Shown here one piece after another: positions 46,718 to 57,522 of a stretch of 64,000 nt of DNA. Positions within the stretch are counted from its first letter, which is position 1; each line of letters starts with the position of its first letter. A model generated the notes under the pieces. The model ran no database searches and had not been told where the DNA came from. It saw nothing but the letters and a program-made list of their open reading frames with translations. Location of the stretch: positions 3,278 to 67,277 of the forward strand of contig DASUFC010000061.1 of assembly GCA_036274755.1 (NCBI GenBank), read 5' to 3'. A program made the position numbers and the translations under genes. The DNA comes from Gaiellaceae bacterium (GTDB taxonomy: Bacteria > Actinomycetota > Thermoleophilia > Gaiellales > Gaiellaceae).

Positions 46718-47884
46718 GTGCCTCGTGCGTGTGTGATCGTCCTCGACGCGGTCGGGGCAGGGGAGCTGCCGGATGCCGGCGAGTACGGCGACGAGGGCTC
46801 GAACACGCTCGGAAACGTCGCGCGAGCCGTCGGCGGGCTCGACCTTCCGAACCTGGAGGCGCTCGGCCTCGGCAACGTGATGGAGCTCGAGGGCTGCCCG
46901 CCGCAGGCCGGCGCGCCCGCTGTCGCCGGCCGGTTGCTCGAGCGCTCGAAGGGCAAGGACACGACCACGGGGCACTGGGAGATGATGGGCGTCGTCACGC
47001 CGACGGCATTCCCGACGTACCCGCACGGCTTCCCGGACGAGGTCATCGACCCGTTCATGAACCAGACGGGACGTGGCGTGCTCGGGAACAAGCCCGCGTC
47101 GGGGACCGAGATCATCCAGGAGCTCGGCGAGGAGCACCAGCAGACCGGGAAGTGGATCGTCTACACCTCGGCCGACTCCGTCTTCCAGGTCGCGGCGCAC
47201 GAGGAGACGATCCCGCTCGAGGAGCTCTACGACGGCTGTCGGGTCGCGCGCGGGATCCTGACCGGGCGGCATGCCGTCGGCCGCGTCATCGCGCGGCCGT
47301 TCGTCGGCGAGCCGGGGAACTACGAGCGGACGCCCAACAGGCACGACTTCTCGCTCGAGCCGAGGCGGCCGAACTACCTCTCCTCGATCCGCGACGCGGG
47401 CAACACGGTCTTCGGCGTCGGGAAGATCTCGGACATCTTCGCGGGCTGCGACGTCGACGACTCGTTCCCGACGACATCGAACGTCGACGGCATCAACCGC
47501 ACCATCGAGCTCCTCGAGAACGTCGAGGACGGGCTCGTGTTCGTGAATCTCGTCGAGACCGACATGCTCTGGGGCCACCGCAACGACCCGGTGAACTTCC
47601 ACCGCTGCCTGCAGGACTTCGACCGGCGTCTCCCCGACATCCTCGAGGCCCTGCAGTCCGGCGATCTCCTCGTTCTCACGTCCGACCACGGATGCGACCC
47701 GACGACCGAGTCGACGGACCACTCCCGCGAGCACGCGCTCCTGCTCGCCTACGCGGCCGGGCGCAACGCAGCGGGTCGTGTGCACGAGGAGGGCGAGTTC
47801 GCCGACGTCGGCTCGACCGTGAACGCGTGGCTCGGTGGCAAGGCGCCCGGAAAGCGCCTGCCCGGTCGCGTGATCGAGTTGTGA
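46718..47884 (+). CDS. deoB: Phosphopentomutase
   Basis: 388 aa with a GTG start. Motifs: VIVLDAVGAGELPDA, GKDTTTGHWEMMG, TSADSVFQVAAHE, LVETDMLWGHRND, TSDHGCDP. Confidence 0.93.
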   Translation: MPRACVIVLDAVGAGELPDAGEYGDEGSNTLGNVARAVGGLDLPNLEALGLGNVMELEGCPPQAGAPAVAGRLLERSKGKDTTTGHWEMMGVVTPTAFPTYPHGFPDEVIDPFMNQTGRGVLGNKPASGTEIIQELGEEHQQTGKWIVYTSADSVFQVAAHEETIPLEELYDGCRVARGILTGRHAVGRVIARPFVGEPGNYERTPNRHDFSLEPRRPNYLSSIRDAGNTVFGVGKISDIFAGCDVDDSFPTTSNVDGINRTIELLENVEDGLVFVNLVETDMLWGHRNDPVNFHRCLQDFDRRLPDILEALQSGDLLVLTSDHGCDPTTESTDHSREHALLLAYAAGRNAAGRVHEEGEFADVGSTVNAWLGGKAPGKRLPGRVIEL

Positions 47885-47951
47885 CGCACGCCGGGTTGCG
47901 GCCCGGGCCGACGTCGTCGTCGGCGGCGACCTGGGAGGCTGACCGAGCCCG

Positions 47952-49280
47952 GTGCGGCTCGCTGAGCAGCCTCAGCCCGTCGTGATCCGCCCGGCCGACC
48001 TGATCGAGCGCAAGCGCTCGGGCGAGGAGCTCACCGACGAGGAGATCTCGGAGCTCGTCCTCGGGTTCACACGTGGCGACGTGCCCGACTACCAGATGTC
48101 GGCGTGGTGCATGGCCGTCTACTTCAGGGGCCTCTCGGGGCGCGAGACGCACGCGCTGACGGACGCCATGATCCGGTCGGGCGACACGATCGATCTCGGG
48201 GCTGCTCTTGGGCGCAAGGTCGTCGACAAGCACTCGACGGGCGGTGTGGGAGACAAGACTTCGCTCGCCGTCGGGCCGGTGGTGGCTGCGTGCGGTGTCC
48301 CCTTCGGGAAGATGTCCGGCCGCGGCCTCGGCCACACGGGCGGGACGCTCGACAAGCTCGAGTCGATCCCCGGATTCCGCGTCGAGCTGGGCCTCGATGC
48401 GTTCGTCGAGCAGGTGCGCACGATCGGGCTCGCGATCGTCGGGCAGACCGGCGACCTCGTCCCGGCGGACAAGAAGCTCTACGCGCTGCGCGATGTGACC
48501 GCGACCGTGGACATCGTCCCGCTCATCGCCTCCTCGATCATGTCGAAGAAGCTGGCTGCCGGCGCCGACGCGATCGTCCTCGACGTGAAGGTCGGGGACG
48601 GAGCGTTCATGAAGACGCTGGAGGACGCGCGCATCCTCGCCGACCAGATGGTCGACCTCGGCCGCCGCGCCGGCCGTACCGTCGTCTGCCTTCTGACCGA
48701 CATGGATCAACCGCTCGGCGCCGCCGTCGGCAACGCGCTCGAAGTGCGGGAGGCGGTCGAGACGATCTCGGCAGAGGGCCCGCCCGACTTCACGGAGCTC
48801 GTGCTCGACGCGTCGGCCCGGCTGCTCGCCCTCTCGGATCTCGGGATCGACCTCGACGAGGGGCGAGCCCGCGCCGAGCAGGCGCTGACGGACGGCTCTG
48901 CTCGCGCGGCGTACGAGCGCTGGATCCGGGCGCAGGGCGGTGATCCCGACCTCGACGTGCTTCCGCGAGCGCCCGTCGTGACGGAGGTGAGGGCGCCGCG
49001 CAACGGAATCGTCACGAAGCTCGCCGCGCGCACGGTCGGCATCGCATCGCTCGAGCTCGGAGGCGGTCGGCGGACGAAGGACGATGAGGTGGACCACGCA
49101 GTCGGCGTGGTCTGTAGTGCGAAGCGGGGCCAGACGGTCGTCGCGGGACAGGTGCTCGCGGACGTCCATGCGCGAGACGAGGAGTCGGCTGCGCGGGCGG
49201 TCGATGCGGTCGCGGGCGCGTACGAGATCGGCGACGAGCACCCCGCGGTGCACGGGATCCTGCTGGACGTGATCCAGTAG
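47952..49280 (+). CDS. deoA: Thymidine/pyrimidine-nucleoside phosphorylase
   Basis: 442 aa (alternative GTG at 47982). Motifs: IERKRSGEEL, DYQMSAW, DKHSTGGVGDKTSL, SGRGLGHTGGTLDKLE. Confidence 0.93.
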   Translation: MRLAEQPQPVVIRPADLIERKRSGEELTDEEISELVLGFTRGDVPDYQMSAWCMAVYFRGLSGRETHALTDAMIRSGDTIDLGAALGRKVVDKHSTGGVGDKTSLAVGPVVAACGVPFGKMSGRGLGHTGGTLDKLESIPGFRVELGLDAFVEQVRTIGLAIVGQTGDLVPADKKLYALRDVTATVDIVPLIASSIMSKKLAAGADAIVLDVKVGDGAFMKTLEDARILADQMVDLGRRAGRTVVCLLTDMDQPLGAAVGNALEVREAVETISAEGPPDFTELVLDASARLLALSDLGIDLDEGRARAEQALTDGSARAAYERWIRAQGGDPDLDVLPRAPVVTEVRAPRNGIVTKLAARTVGIASLELGGGRRTKDDEVDHAVGVVCSAKRGQTVVAGQVLADVHARDEESAARAVDAVAGAYEIGDEHPAVHGILLDVIQ

Positions 49281-49282
49281 GG

Positions 49283-50086
49283 CTACTTCGTCGCGACGAG
49301 CACGACGAAGTCGTCGTCGGGCGTCGGAGGCGCCTCGACATGATCGCCGTGGACGACCACCTCTGCGAAGCCGGCGGCCTCGACCATCATCCGGAGCTCG
49401 TCGACGAAGTAGTGGTGGAGGTCGATCCGGCGCGTCTCTTCGGCCTCGAGCCGGCCGTCACGCCAGAGCTCCGCGCGCATCTCGAGTGAGCTGCGCTGCG
49501 CGAGAGGGTCGACGTCGAGCACGCGCGAGGTGAGCGCGTACTCGGCTCCGTCGGACGCAGGCCGCCGCTCCTTGGCCTCCGGCATCGGGCCGGGGAGCGA
49601 CGCGCGCTCGGTCTTGAGCCAGTACTTCCACAGCCAGGCGTCCGCGTAGGGAACCTCGGCGTCGAGCAGCAGCGTGCCACCCGGTACGAGATGGTCGTGA
49701 AAGCGCCGGAGCGCTTCGACGTCCTGGTCGCGCGAGCTCCCGAGGCCGAACGCCCCGCAGACGTAGATGCACCTGTAGCGGCGCGGGAGCTCGAGCTCGT
49801 GCATGGGCTGGACGGAGAGGCTCGGCGCGTAGCCCTCGCGCTCCGCCTTCTCGCGACAGAGCGCGATCATGTCGGCCGAGACGTCGCAGCCGTCGACGTC
49901 GAGCCCGGCGCGGAGGTAGGGCAACAGCAACCGTCCGGTTCCGCAGGCGACGTCGAGCGCGGGCTGTCCGTCAGCTTCGATGAACCTCTGGAAGTAGGGG
50001 ATCTCGTGCGGGCGAAAGTCGTCGTTGAACTCCGCCCAGTAGCGCGCGATGAGCCCGTAGTGCCACGTCTGCGGCTGCTCGGCCAC
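49283..50086 (-). CDS. Class I SAM-dependent methyltransferase
   Basis: 267 aa. SAM motif ALDVACGTGRLLLPYL, then DGCDVSADM. Confidence 0.8.
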   Translation of the reverse strand: MAEQPQTWHYGLIARYWAEFNDDFRPHEIPYFQRFIEADGQPALDVACGTGRLLLPYLRAGLDVDGCDVSADMIALCREKAEREGYAPSLSVQPMHELELPRRYRCIYVCGAFGLGSSRDQDVEALRRFHDHLVPGGTLLLDAEVPYADAWLWKYWLKTERASLPGPMPEAKERRPASDGAEYALTSRVLDVDPLAQRSSLEMRAELWRDGRLEAEETRRIDLHHYFVDELRMMVEAAGFAEVVVHGDHVEAPPTPDDDFVVLVATK

Positions 50087-50109
50087 GACGCAAGCCTACG
50101 ATCCGGGTC

Positions 50110-50925
50110 GTGCCCGAGCTGCCCGAGGTCGAGACGATCCGCGCGCAGCTCGCGCCACGCCTCGAGGGACGGGTGCTCGCGCGCGTCGAGATCCTCGACC
50201 CCAGGCTCACGCGGCCGTACGACCTGTTCGAGGTCGCGGAAGAGCTGGAGGGCGATCGGGTCGTCGCCGTCGAGCGCCGCGGCAAGTACCTGCTCGTCCG
50301 GCTGGAGAGCGGCCTCGGGCTCCTCGTCCACCTGCGCATGACTGGCAGCTTCGGATTCGCCCCGGTATCGCACGAGCGTGCGATCCTCGATCTGGACGAC
50401 GGATCTCGGCTCGCCTACCGCGACGTGCGCCGCTTCGGCACCTGGCTCGTGCTCGACGGCTCGGAGCTCGAGCCATATCTCGCGACGAAGAACGGCCCGG
50501 AGCCGCTCGGCCCCCGGTTCACGGCTCGCTGGCTCGCAACGCAGCTCGCGCGAAGACGCGGAGCGCTGAAGGCCGTGCTCCTCGATCAGCGGGTCGTCGC
50601 CGGGCTCGGGAACATCTACGCCGACGAGGCGCTCTGGCGCGCGCGCGTGAATCCTTTGCGTCCCGCCAACGACCTGTCGGGCGAGGAGGTCGGCCGAGTC
50701 GTTCGTGCGGTCCGCGCCGCGCTGCGCGCCGGCATCGTGCGTCAGGGGTCGACGCTGCGTGACTACGCGGCGCCGGACGGCGCGTCGGGCTCGATGCAGG
50801 ACGAGTTCCGCGTGTACGGCCGCGACGGCGAGCCCTGCAAGCGATGCGGCGCGACGATCACGAAGACGCGCGTCGGCGGCCGCGGGACATGGTTCTGCCC
50901 CCGCTGTCAGCCGCTTCCCGCGTGA
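50110..50925 (+). CDS. mutM: Formamidopyrimidine-DNA glycosylase
   Basis: 271 aa with a GTG start. N-terminal PELPEVE, H2TH motif LLDQRVVAGLGNIYADEAL, zinc finger CKRCG...CPRCQ. Only 23 nt separate it from the divergent methyltransferase gene. Confidence 0.93.
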   Translation: MPELPEVETIRAQLAPRLEGRVLARVEILDPRLTRPYDLFEVAEELEGDRVVAVERRGKYLLVRLESGLGLLVHLRMTGSFGFAPVSHERAILDLDDGSRLAYRDVRRFGTWLVLDGSELEPYLATKNGPEPLGPRFTARWLATQLARRRGALKAVLLDQRVVAGLGNIYADEALWRARVNPLRPANDLSGEEVGRVVRAVRAALRAGIVRQGSTLRDYAAPDGASGSMQDEFRVYGRDGEPCKRCGATITKTRVGGRGTWFCPRCQPLPA

Positions 50926-51030
50926 CGACGGAACCCGACAGGAGGCAGCACGTCAGCTCGCGACCTGCGCGGCGGCGAGAGGCCGGCGCCCGCCGAGGGC
51001 GACGACGCCTTCGCTCCCTAGACTGGACGC

Positions 51031-51774
51031 GTGGCCCGCAGCTCGAAGACCGAAGCGGTCGTGCTGCGCTCGTTCCGTTTCGGCGAGGCCGACCGGATCC
51101 TCCACGTGTACACGGCCGAGCACGGCCGCATCGGCGCGATCGCGAAGGGCGTGCGCAAGACGAAGTCGCGCTTCGGCGCGCGTCTCGAGCCCTTCTCGCA
51201 CGTCGAGCTCATGCTGCACCAGGGCTCGGGCGAGCTGCGCACGGTGACGGGCGTCTCGCTCGTGGATGCGCATCGTCCGGCGCGGGAGGATCCCTACCGG
51301 CTCTCGGTCGCGCTCGTAGGCGCCGAGGCGATGCTGCGGCTGTTCGTGGAGGAGGAGCGCAACGAGCGCGCCTTCGAGGCGCTGACGCGCTACCTGCAGG
51401 CGGTCGACGCGATGGCGGCGGGCGCCCGTGGGAGGGCAGCGCTCGACCCGCTCGCACTCGCGTTCCAGCTCAAGCTCCTCTGGCTGTCGGGCTACGTCCC
51501 GCATCTCGAGAGCTGCGTCGAGTGCGGGGGTGTCGACGGCCTCGTCGGCTACCTCCCGCGAGCGGGAGGCGCCGTGTGCTCGCCGTGCGCGCCCGACGAG
51601 ACGGTCTTCCTCTCACCCGAGGGCTTCCGGGCGATGCACGCGCTCATCTGGAGGCCGCTGTCCGACGCGCAGGGGCTCGCGCTCGGCGAGCGCGCGCTGC
51701 GCGACACGCTGTCGGTCGTCGTCGCCTCGTACGAGTTCCACGGCGGCTTCCGGCTGAGGACGCTCAGCGCGTGA
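51031..51774 (+). CDS. recO: DNA repair protein RecO
   Basis: 247 aa. Motifs: EAVVLRSFRFGEADRILHVYT, GVRKTKSRFGARLEPF, Cys cluster CVECG...CSPC. Confidence 0.9.
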   Translation: MARSSKTEAVVLRSFRFGEADRILHVYTAEHGRIGAIAKGVRKTKSRFGARLEPFSHVELMLHQGSGELRTVTGVSLVDAHRPAREDPYRLSVALVGAEAMLRLFVEEERNERAFEALTRYLQAVDAMAAGARGRAALDPLALAFQLKLLWLSGYVPHLESCVECGGVDGLVGYLPRAGGAVCSPCAPDETVFLSPEGFRAMHALIWRPLSDAQGLALGERALRDTLSVVVASYEFHGGFRLRTLSA

Positions 51775-52186
51775 GACGTGCGCTGCACGACGTCTACGAG
51801 CTCGACGACGATCCTGGCAGGATCGATCGCGCCGCCGTGCACGCGTACCTCGTGCGCTCGTACTGGGCGGAGGGGCGGCCGCGCGAGGTCCAGGACGCCC
51901 TGATCGACAGCGCGGCGCGCGTCGTCGGCCTGTACCACGACGGAGAGCAGGTCGGGTTCGCGCGCGCGATCTCGGATGGGCACGTCCAGTCGTACCTCGC
52001 AGACGTCTACGTGCTCGAGGAGCATCGCGGTCGCGGGCTCGGCGTCGAGCTCGTCCGCTTCTCGGTCGATGAGGGGCCGCTCGCCGGAACGAAGTGGTAC
52101 CTCCACACGCGCGACGCCCACGACCTGTACCGCAAGTTCGGCTTCGTCGAGCCGAGCGAGCGAGCGCTCGAGCGCGGCCTCCCGAG

Positions 52187-52190
<4 letters not shown>
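51771..52190 (+). CDS. GNAT family N-acetyltransferase
   Basis: GTG at 51771 (GTGA overlap with recO), 139 aa. Motifs: VGFARAISDG...YLADVYVLEEHRGRGLGVELV, YRKFGF. Confidence 0.75.
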
Positions 52191-53539
<1,349 letters not shown>

Positions 53540-53579
53540 GAAGCCGAACCGTACCGGCCATCTCGAACGCGTACGTCGC

Positions 53580-54149
53580 TCAGGCCGTGGGCCGGACGCT
53601 CCCGAGAAACCTGTCGACCTCGGCGTCCGAGCGCAGACGCGCGACGCGGAAGCGGCTCAGCGCGACCTCGAGCGTCCGCCGCGTCCGGCGGTGGTTGCGG
53701 AGGGCGTAGATGACCACGGAGTTCGTCGGGTGCAGGACGTCGCGCCAGCGCTCGCGGTTGCCGTTCCACAGCTCCTCCTTGCTGAGAAGGCGCCGTGCCG
53801 TACGGCGCAGCAGTCGAGGCAGCCAGACGCGCACGGGCAGATCCAGCCAGATGACCACATCCGCGGCCTCCGGGACGAGGTCGCCGATCTTGCCCCGGTA
53901 CGAGCCGTCGATGACCCAGCTCTCGCCGCGGACCAGGGGCTCGACCATGCTCCGGAGCTCGTCGGCCGATCGAGGCTGCCAGTTCGGTCCGTGGTGGAGC
54001 GCGTCCAGCTCGAAGTACGGAGCCTGCATCCGCTCGGCGAGAAGACGCCCCGTCGTCGACTTGCCACAGCCGCTCGCGGTCGACACCAGGCAGACACGCC
54101 TCACGACCGCCTCGGGACGCCGATGGTCCGTCGCGACGACATCGGCCAC
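53580..54149 (-). CDS. P-loop NTPase (adenylate-kinase-like / FlaR-like)
   Basis: 189 aa. Walker A STASGCGKSTTG. Also WVIDGSY and VIWLDLP, typical of small nucleotide-kinase-like proteins. Confidence 0.7.
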   Translation of the reverse strand: MADVVATDHRRPEAVVRRVCLVSTASGCGKSTTGRLLAERMQAPYFELDALHHGPNWQPRSADELRSMVEPLVRGESWVIDGSYRGKIGDLVPEAADVVIWLDLPVRVWLPRLLRRTARRLLSKEELWNGNRERWRDVLHPTNSVVIYALRNHRRTRRTLEVALSRFRVARLRSDAEVDRFLGSVRPTA

Positions 54150-54193
54150 CCGCCGAGCGTACTGCAGGCACGGGCGCCGCTAGCCTCCGGCGG

Positions 54194-55024
54194 ATGGCGG
54201 ACGAGCGCGTGCCGGTCGAGCTCCACATCGTCTCGGACTCGACGGGCGAGACGGCGCAGCGTCTCGTGCTCGCGCTCGAGGCGCAGTTCCCGGACCAGCC
54301 GTTCGAAGAGATCCGGCATGCGCGCGTGGAGAACGTGGACGATCTGTACATCACGGTCCAGCAGGCGCGTGGACGCCCCGCGGTCATGGTGTACACGCTC
54401 GTGGAGCCTGCGATGCGCGACGCGATGCGGCAGCTCTGCCGGCGCGCCCGCGTCCACTACTGCGACGTCCTCGGTCATCCCATCGACTCGGTCTCCCGCG
54501 TTGCGGGCGTCGCGGCACGCATGGAGCCGGGCGTCCGGGCGCCGCTCGACTCGACGTACTTCAAGCGCATCGAGGCGATCGAGTTCGCCGTGAAGTTCGA
54601 CGACGGGGTCGGGAGCGGCCTCGACGAGGCCGACATCGTGCTCGTCGGCGTCTCGCGGACGTCGAAGACGCCACTGTCCATCTACCTCGGCTACCTCGGG
54701 CACAAGGCCGCGAACGTCCCGGTCGTCAAGGGCATCGACCTTCCCGAGGCGCTGTTCGAGATCGACCCGGCCAAGATCGTCGGCCTCACGATCGGAGCCG
54801 ATCGCCTGGCCGACATCCGTTCGGCCCGCGTGCGGAGCATGGGCGCTTCGCGCAAGCGCTACGCGGAGCTCGAGGCCGTCTACTCGGAGCTCGAGGAGGC
54901 GGCGAAGCTGCACAAGCGACTGCGCTGCCCCGTGATCGACGTGACCGAGCTCTCCGTCGAGGAGACCGCGATGCGCATCGTGCGGCTCGTCGAGAAGCGC
55001 CGAAGGTCCCAGACGACGGCATGA
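54194..55024 (+). CDS. ppsR: Pyruvate, phosphate dikinase / PEP synthase regulatory protein (PDRP, DUF299)
   Basis: 276 aa. Motifs: HIVSDSTGETA, LVGVSRTSKTPLSIYL, ANVPVV. Confidence 0.9.
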   Translation: MADERVPVELHIVSDSTGETAQRLVLALEAQFPDQPFEEIRHARVENVDDLYITVQQARGRPAVMVYTLVEPAMRDAMRQLCRRARVHYCDVLGHPIDSVSRVAGVAARMEPGVRAPLDSTYFKRIEAIEFAVKFDDGVGSGLDEADIVLVGVSRTSKTPLSIYLGYLGHKAANVPVVKGIDLPEALFEIDPAKIVGLTIGADRLADIRSARVRSMGASRKRYAELEAVYSELEEAAKLHKRLRCPVIDVTELSVEETAMRIVRLVEKRRRSQTTA

Positions 55025-55275
55025 GCGACCCGCCGCGTCCGTCGGATCCGTACGGCGCACCGGGGGAGCCTCCTCTGCGGCATCCGTTCCGGCCGCCTCC
55101 GGGCGGGCGGGGAGACCTGCGCGAGAAGGGGTGGGTCCCGGCGCACCGGTTCGCGGTCTGGTGGGTGCTCATGCTCCTTGGGGACATCGTCTTCTACGTC
55201 GTCCTCACGCCGATCTGGCTCGGGCTGCGAGCGGCGGCGTGGATCGCGGAGCTGCGCTCCCGCGCGCGTCGCTGA
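55021..55275 (+). CDS. Small Pro-rich / membrane protein
   Basis: 84 aa. ATGA overlap with ppsR. Pro-rich N-terminus, then the hydrophobic segment FAVWWVLMLLGDIVFYVVLTPIWLGL. Confidence 0.45.
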   Translation: MSDPPRPSDPYGAPGEPPLRHPFRPPPGGRGDLREKGWVPAHRFAVWWVLMLLGDIVFYVVLTPIWLGLRAAAWIAELRSRARR

Positions 55276-56751
55276 CTACGGCTTCGGGTCGATCCTGAAG
55301 ACCTCGCCGCCGAGCGAGAGCGCATAGACGCGACCGCTGCCGTCGACCCCGAAGCTCGTGAGACGGGGGGCGACGACGTCGAGGGTATCGCTCGCGGTCA
55401 CTCGCCCGTTCTCGACCGCGATCGCCGTGATCGATCCCGCGCAGAAGTCGCCGTACAGGTAGCGGCCCGCGAGGACCGGTATCCGCGGGTCCCGGGCGAC
55501 GACGCCACCGATGACCGCGCAGTCCGGGTCCGCGCGCGGGTAGTCGAGGAGTGGAGGGGAGGCGCCCGCGCACACCGCCGTCGTGTCGAACGGCAGAGTG
55601 CCTTCGAAGCATGGCCAGCCGAAGTTCAAGCCGGGCGTGCCGATGCTGTCGACGTTGATCTCCTCACGCTGCGCGTTGCCGGCGTCGCCGACGTACAGGG
55701 TGCGCGTCGGCGCGTCGATCCAGAATCGCCACGGGTTTCGCAGGCCGTACGCCCAGACCTCGGGCCGGGCATCGGCATCTCCGACGAAGGGATTGTCGGC
55801 CGGGATCGCGTACGGATCGCCGTGCCGGGGATCGATGCGGAGAATCGTTCCGAGCAGGCTGTCCTTGCGCTGGGCGTAGAACCCCGGCGGGTTGACGACA
55901 CCGCTGTCGCCGTCGCCGACGGAGGCCCAGAGGTTGCCGGCGGGTCCGAATTGGAGCATCCCGCCGTTGTGGTTCTCCCACGGCTTGACGATCGTCAGCA
56001 GGATGCGCTCGGAGTAGGGATCGGCGACGTCGGGGTCGCTCTCACTGCGGCGGAACTCCGAGATGCGGATGTCGCCGTTCCCCGCGGTCGAGTTGTAGAA
56101 GGTGTAGAACAGGCCGCTCGTCTCGTAGTCCGGCGCGAACGCGACCGAGAGGAGCCCGGGCTCGCTCGAGAACTTGATCTTGTCGCGCAGGTCGAGGAAC
56201 GGCGTGGGGAGGAGCGCTCCGTCTCGGACGATCTTCACAAGGCCCGTCTGCTCGACGACGAAGAGACGGTGCGTGTCGCCCGGCGGCGCCGTCAGGAGGA
56301 CGGGGCGGTCGAACGAGCCGATCGCGGTGAGGGTCACGCGATCCGACACGTCGATCGGCGGCGGCTGCGGTGTGACCGGCGCGGGCTTCGGCGACACCGT
56401 GAAGGTGCCCTTCATGCCGAGGCGCGCGTGCCCCGGCACCGAGCAGTGGAAGCGGAACGAGCCCTTGCGCGGGAAGGCGACGGTGATCGTCTGGCTGCGG
56501 CCCGGCCGCAGGAGTCGCGTCCGCTTGCCCTTCACGACGAAGTCGTGCGCGACCTTCCCGCGATTCGAGACGACGAAGCGCACGGTCGAGCCGGCCGGGA
56601 CCGCGCGGCGCGAAAGCTTGAACGAGAAGTCGCGCGCGTCGACGCGGACCGTGACGGCACGGGTGGCCTTCGGCGAGGCAGCTGCGGAGAGTGCCACCGC
56701 CGCCAGCGCGAGGGCGACGACGAGTCCGAGGAGCCGGGCGGCGCGGGCCAC
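55276..56751 (-). CDS. Secreted cupredoxin domain fused to PQQ-dependent (soluble) sugar dehydrogenase beta-propeller
   Basis: 491 aa. Signal peptide is present. Type-1 Cu ligand pattern is VAHDFVV ... FHCSVPGHARLGMKG. Then sGDH/sorbosone-dehydrogenase motifs: GLLSVAFAPDY, NHNGGMLQFGP, GDGDSG, GLRNPWRF. Confidence 0.85.
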   Translation of the reverse strand: MARAARLLGLVVALALAAVALSAAASPKATRAVTVRVDARDFSFKLSRRAVPAGSTVRFVVSNRGKVAHDFVVKGKRTRLLRPGRSQTITVAFPRKGSFRFHCSVPGHARLGMKGTFTVSPKPAPVTPQPPPIDVSDRVTLTAIGSFDRPVLLTAPPGDTHRLFVVEQTGLVKIVRDGALLPTPFLDLRDKIKFSSEPGLLSVAFAPDYETSGLFYTFYNSTAGNGDIRISEFRRSESDPDVADPYSERILLTIVKPWENHNGGMLQFGPAGNLWASVGDGDSGVVNPPGFYAQRKDSLLGTILRIDPRHGDPYAIPADNPFVGDADARPEVWAYGLRNPWRFWIDAPTRTLYVGDAGNAQREEINVDSIGTPGLNFGWPCFEGTLPFDTTAVCAGASPPLLDYPRADPDCAVIGGVVARDPRIPVLAGRYLYGDFCAGSITAIAVENGRVTASDTLDVVAPRLTSFGVDGSGRVYALSLGGEVFRIDPKP

Positions 56752-56816
56752 GTCGCCAAAACTACGTTCGCCGGCGCGCCGTGGATCGTTGCCCTTACAG
56801 ACTTCTTAGAAGCGGA

Positions 56817-57494
56817 TCAGAGCATCCGCGGCGCGATCGGCGTCTCGCTGCCGGGATCGACGCGGTACCCGCGCGCTCCGCTGCGCGCGCTCACGACCTC
56901 CCGCAGCTCGGTGCCCTCGAAGTGGAACGCCGCGTCGTCGTCGGCGGCATAGCCGGCGGGGAAACCACCGTCCACGAGCGAGCGGTAGCGCGGCCGCCGG
57001 AGCTCCTCGCCGTCGTAGTGCGGGCAGAAGCTCCCGTGGAGGAAACCGAGCCCGTCATGCAGCGGATCGAGCGCTCGGTCGAACGAATCGGTCACGCAAC
57101 ATTCGAACCAGCAGTTCGCGCCGGCGCTCGCACCGCCGAGGACGGCACCACGCTCCCACGCCTCGCGAAGCGCGACGTCCACCCCGTGCAGACGCCAGAT
57201 CGCCAGCGCGTTCGCCGTGTTCCCGCCGGACACGCGGATTACGTCCGCGGTCGCCAGGCGCTCGACGGGCCGATCGGGGACGCCGAAGAGGCGGAGGCAG
57301 CTCGGCTCGCAGTCGCGCGTCGAGAAGGCCTCGAAGAACGCGGCGATGACGCGATCGGAGTCGCCTGCGGCCGTCGGGACGAAGCACACCCGCGGCCGCG
57401 TCACGCCGGCGAGCGACAGCATGAGCTCGTCGAGGGACGAACGAGCGTCGGCGCCGAGCCCGCCGCCGCCCATGGCCACGATGTGCCCGCTCAC
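56817..57494 (-). CDS. Peptidase E-like (S51 family) protein
   Basis: 225 aa. Motifs: IVAMGGGG, VCFVPTAAGDS, VSGGNTANAL, GGASAGANCW. Confidence 0.8.
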   Translation of the reverse strand: MSGHIVAMGGGGLGADARSSLDELMLSLAGVTRPRVCFVPTAAGDSDRVIAAFFEAFSTRDCEPSCLRLFGVPDRPVERLATADVIRVSGGNTANALAIWRLHGVDVALREAWERGAVLGGASAGANCWFECCVTDSFDRALDPLHDGLGFLHGSFCPHYDGEELRRPRYRSLVDGGFPAGYAADDDAAFHFEGTELREVVSARSGARGYRVDPGSETPIAPRML

Positions 57495-57522
57495 CTCGCC
57501 GACTGTAGCCCGCGCTGCAGCG

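Noticed and set aside
53540-53579. T-box leaders upstream of the aminoacyl-tRNA synthetase genes (glyQS, alaS at 20686..20725, hisS, aspS)
   Set aside because: The upstream gaps are 40 nt or less, or the genes overlap their upstream neighbour. There is no room for a 200-300 nt T-box.
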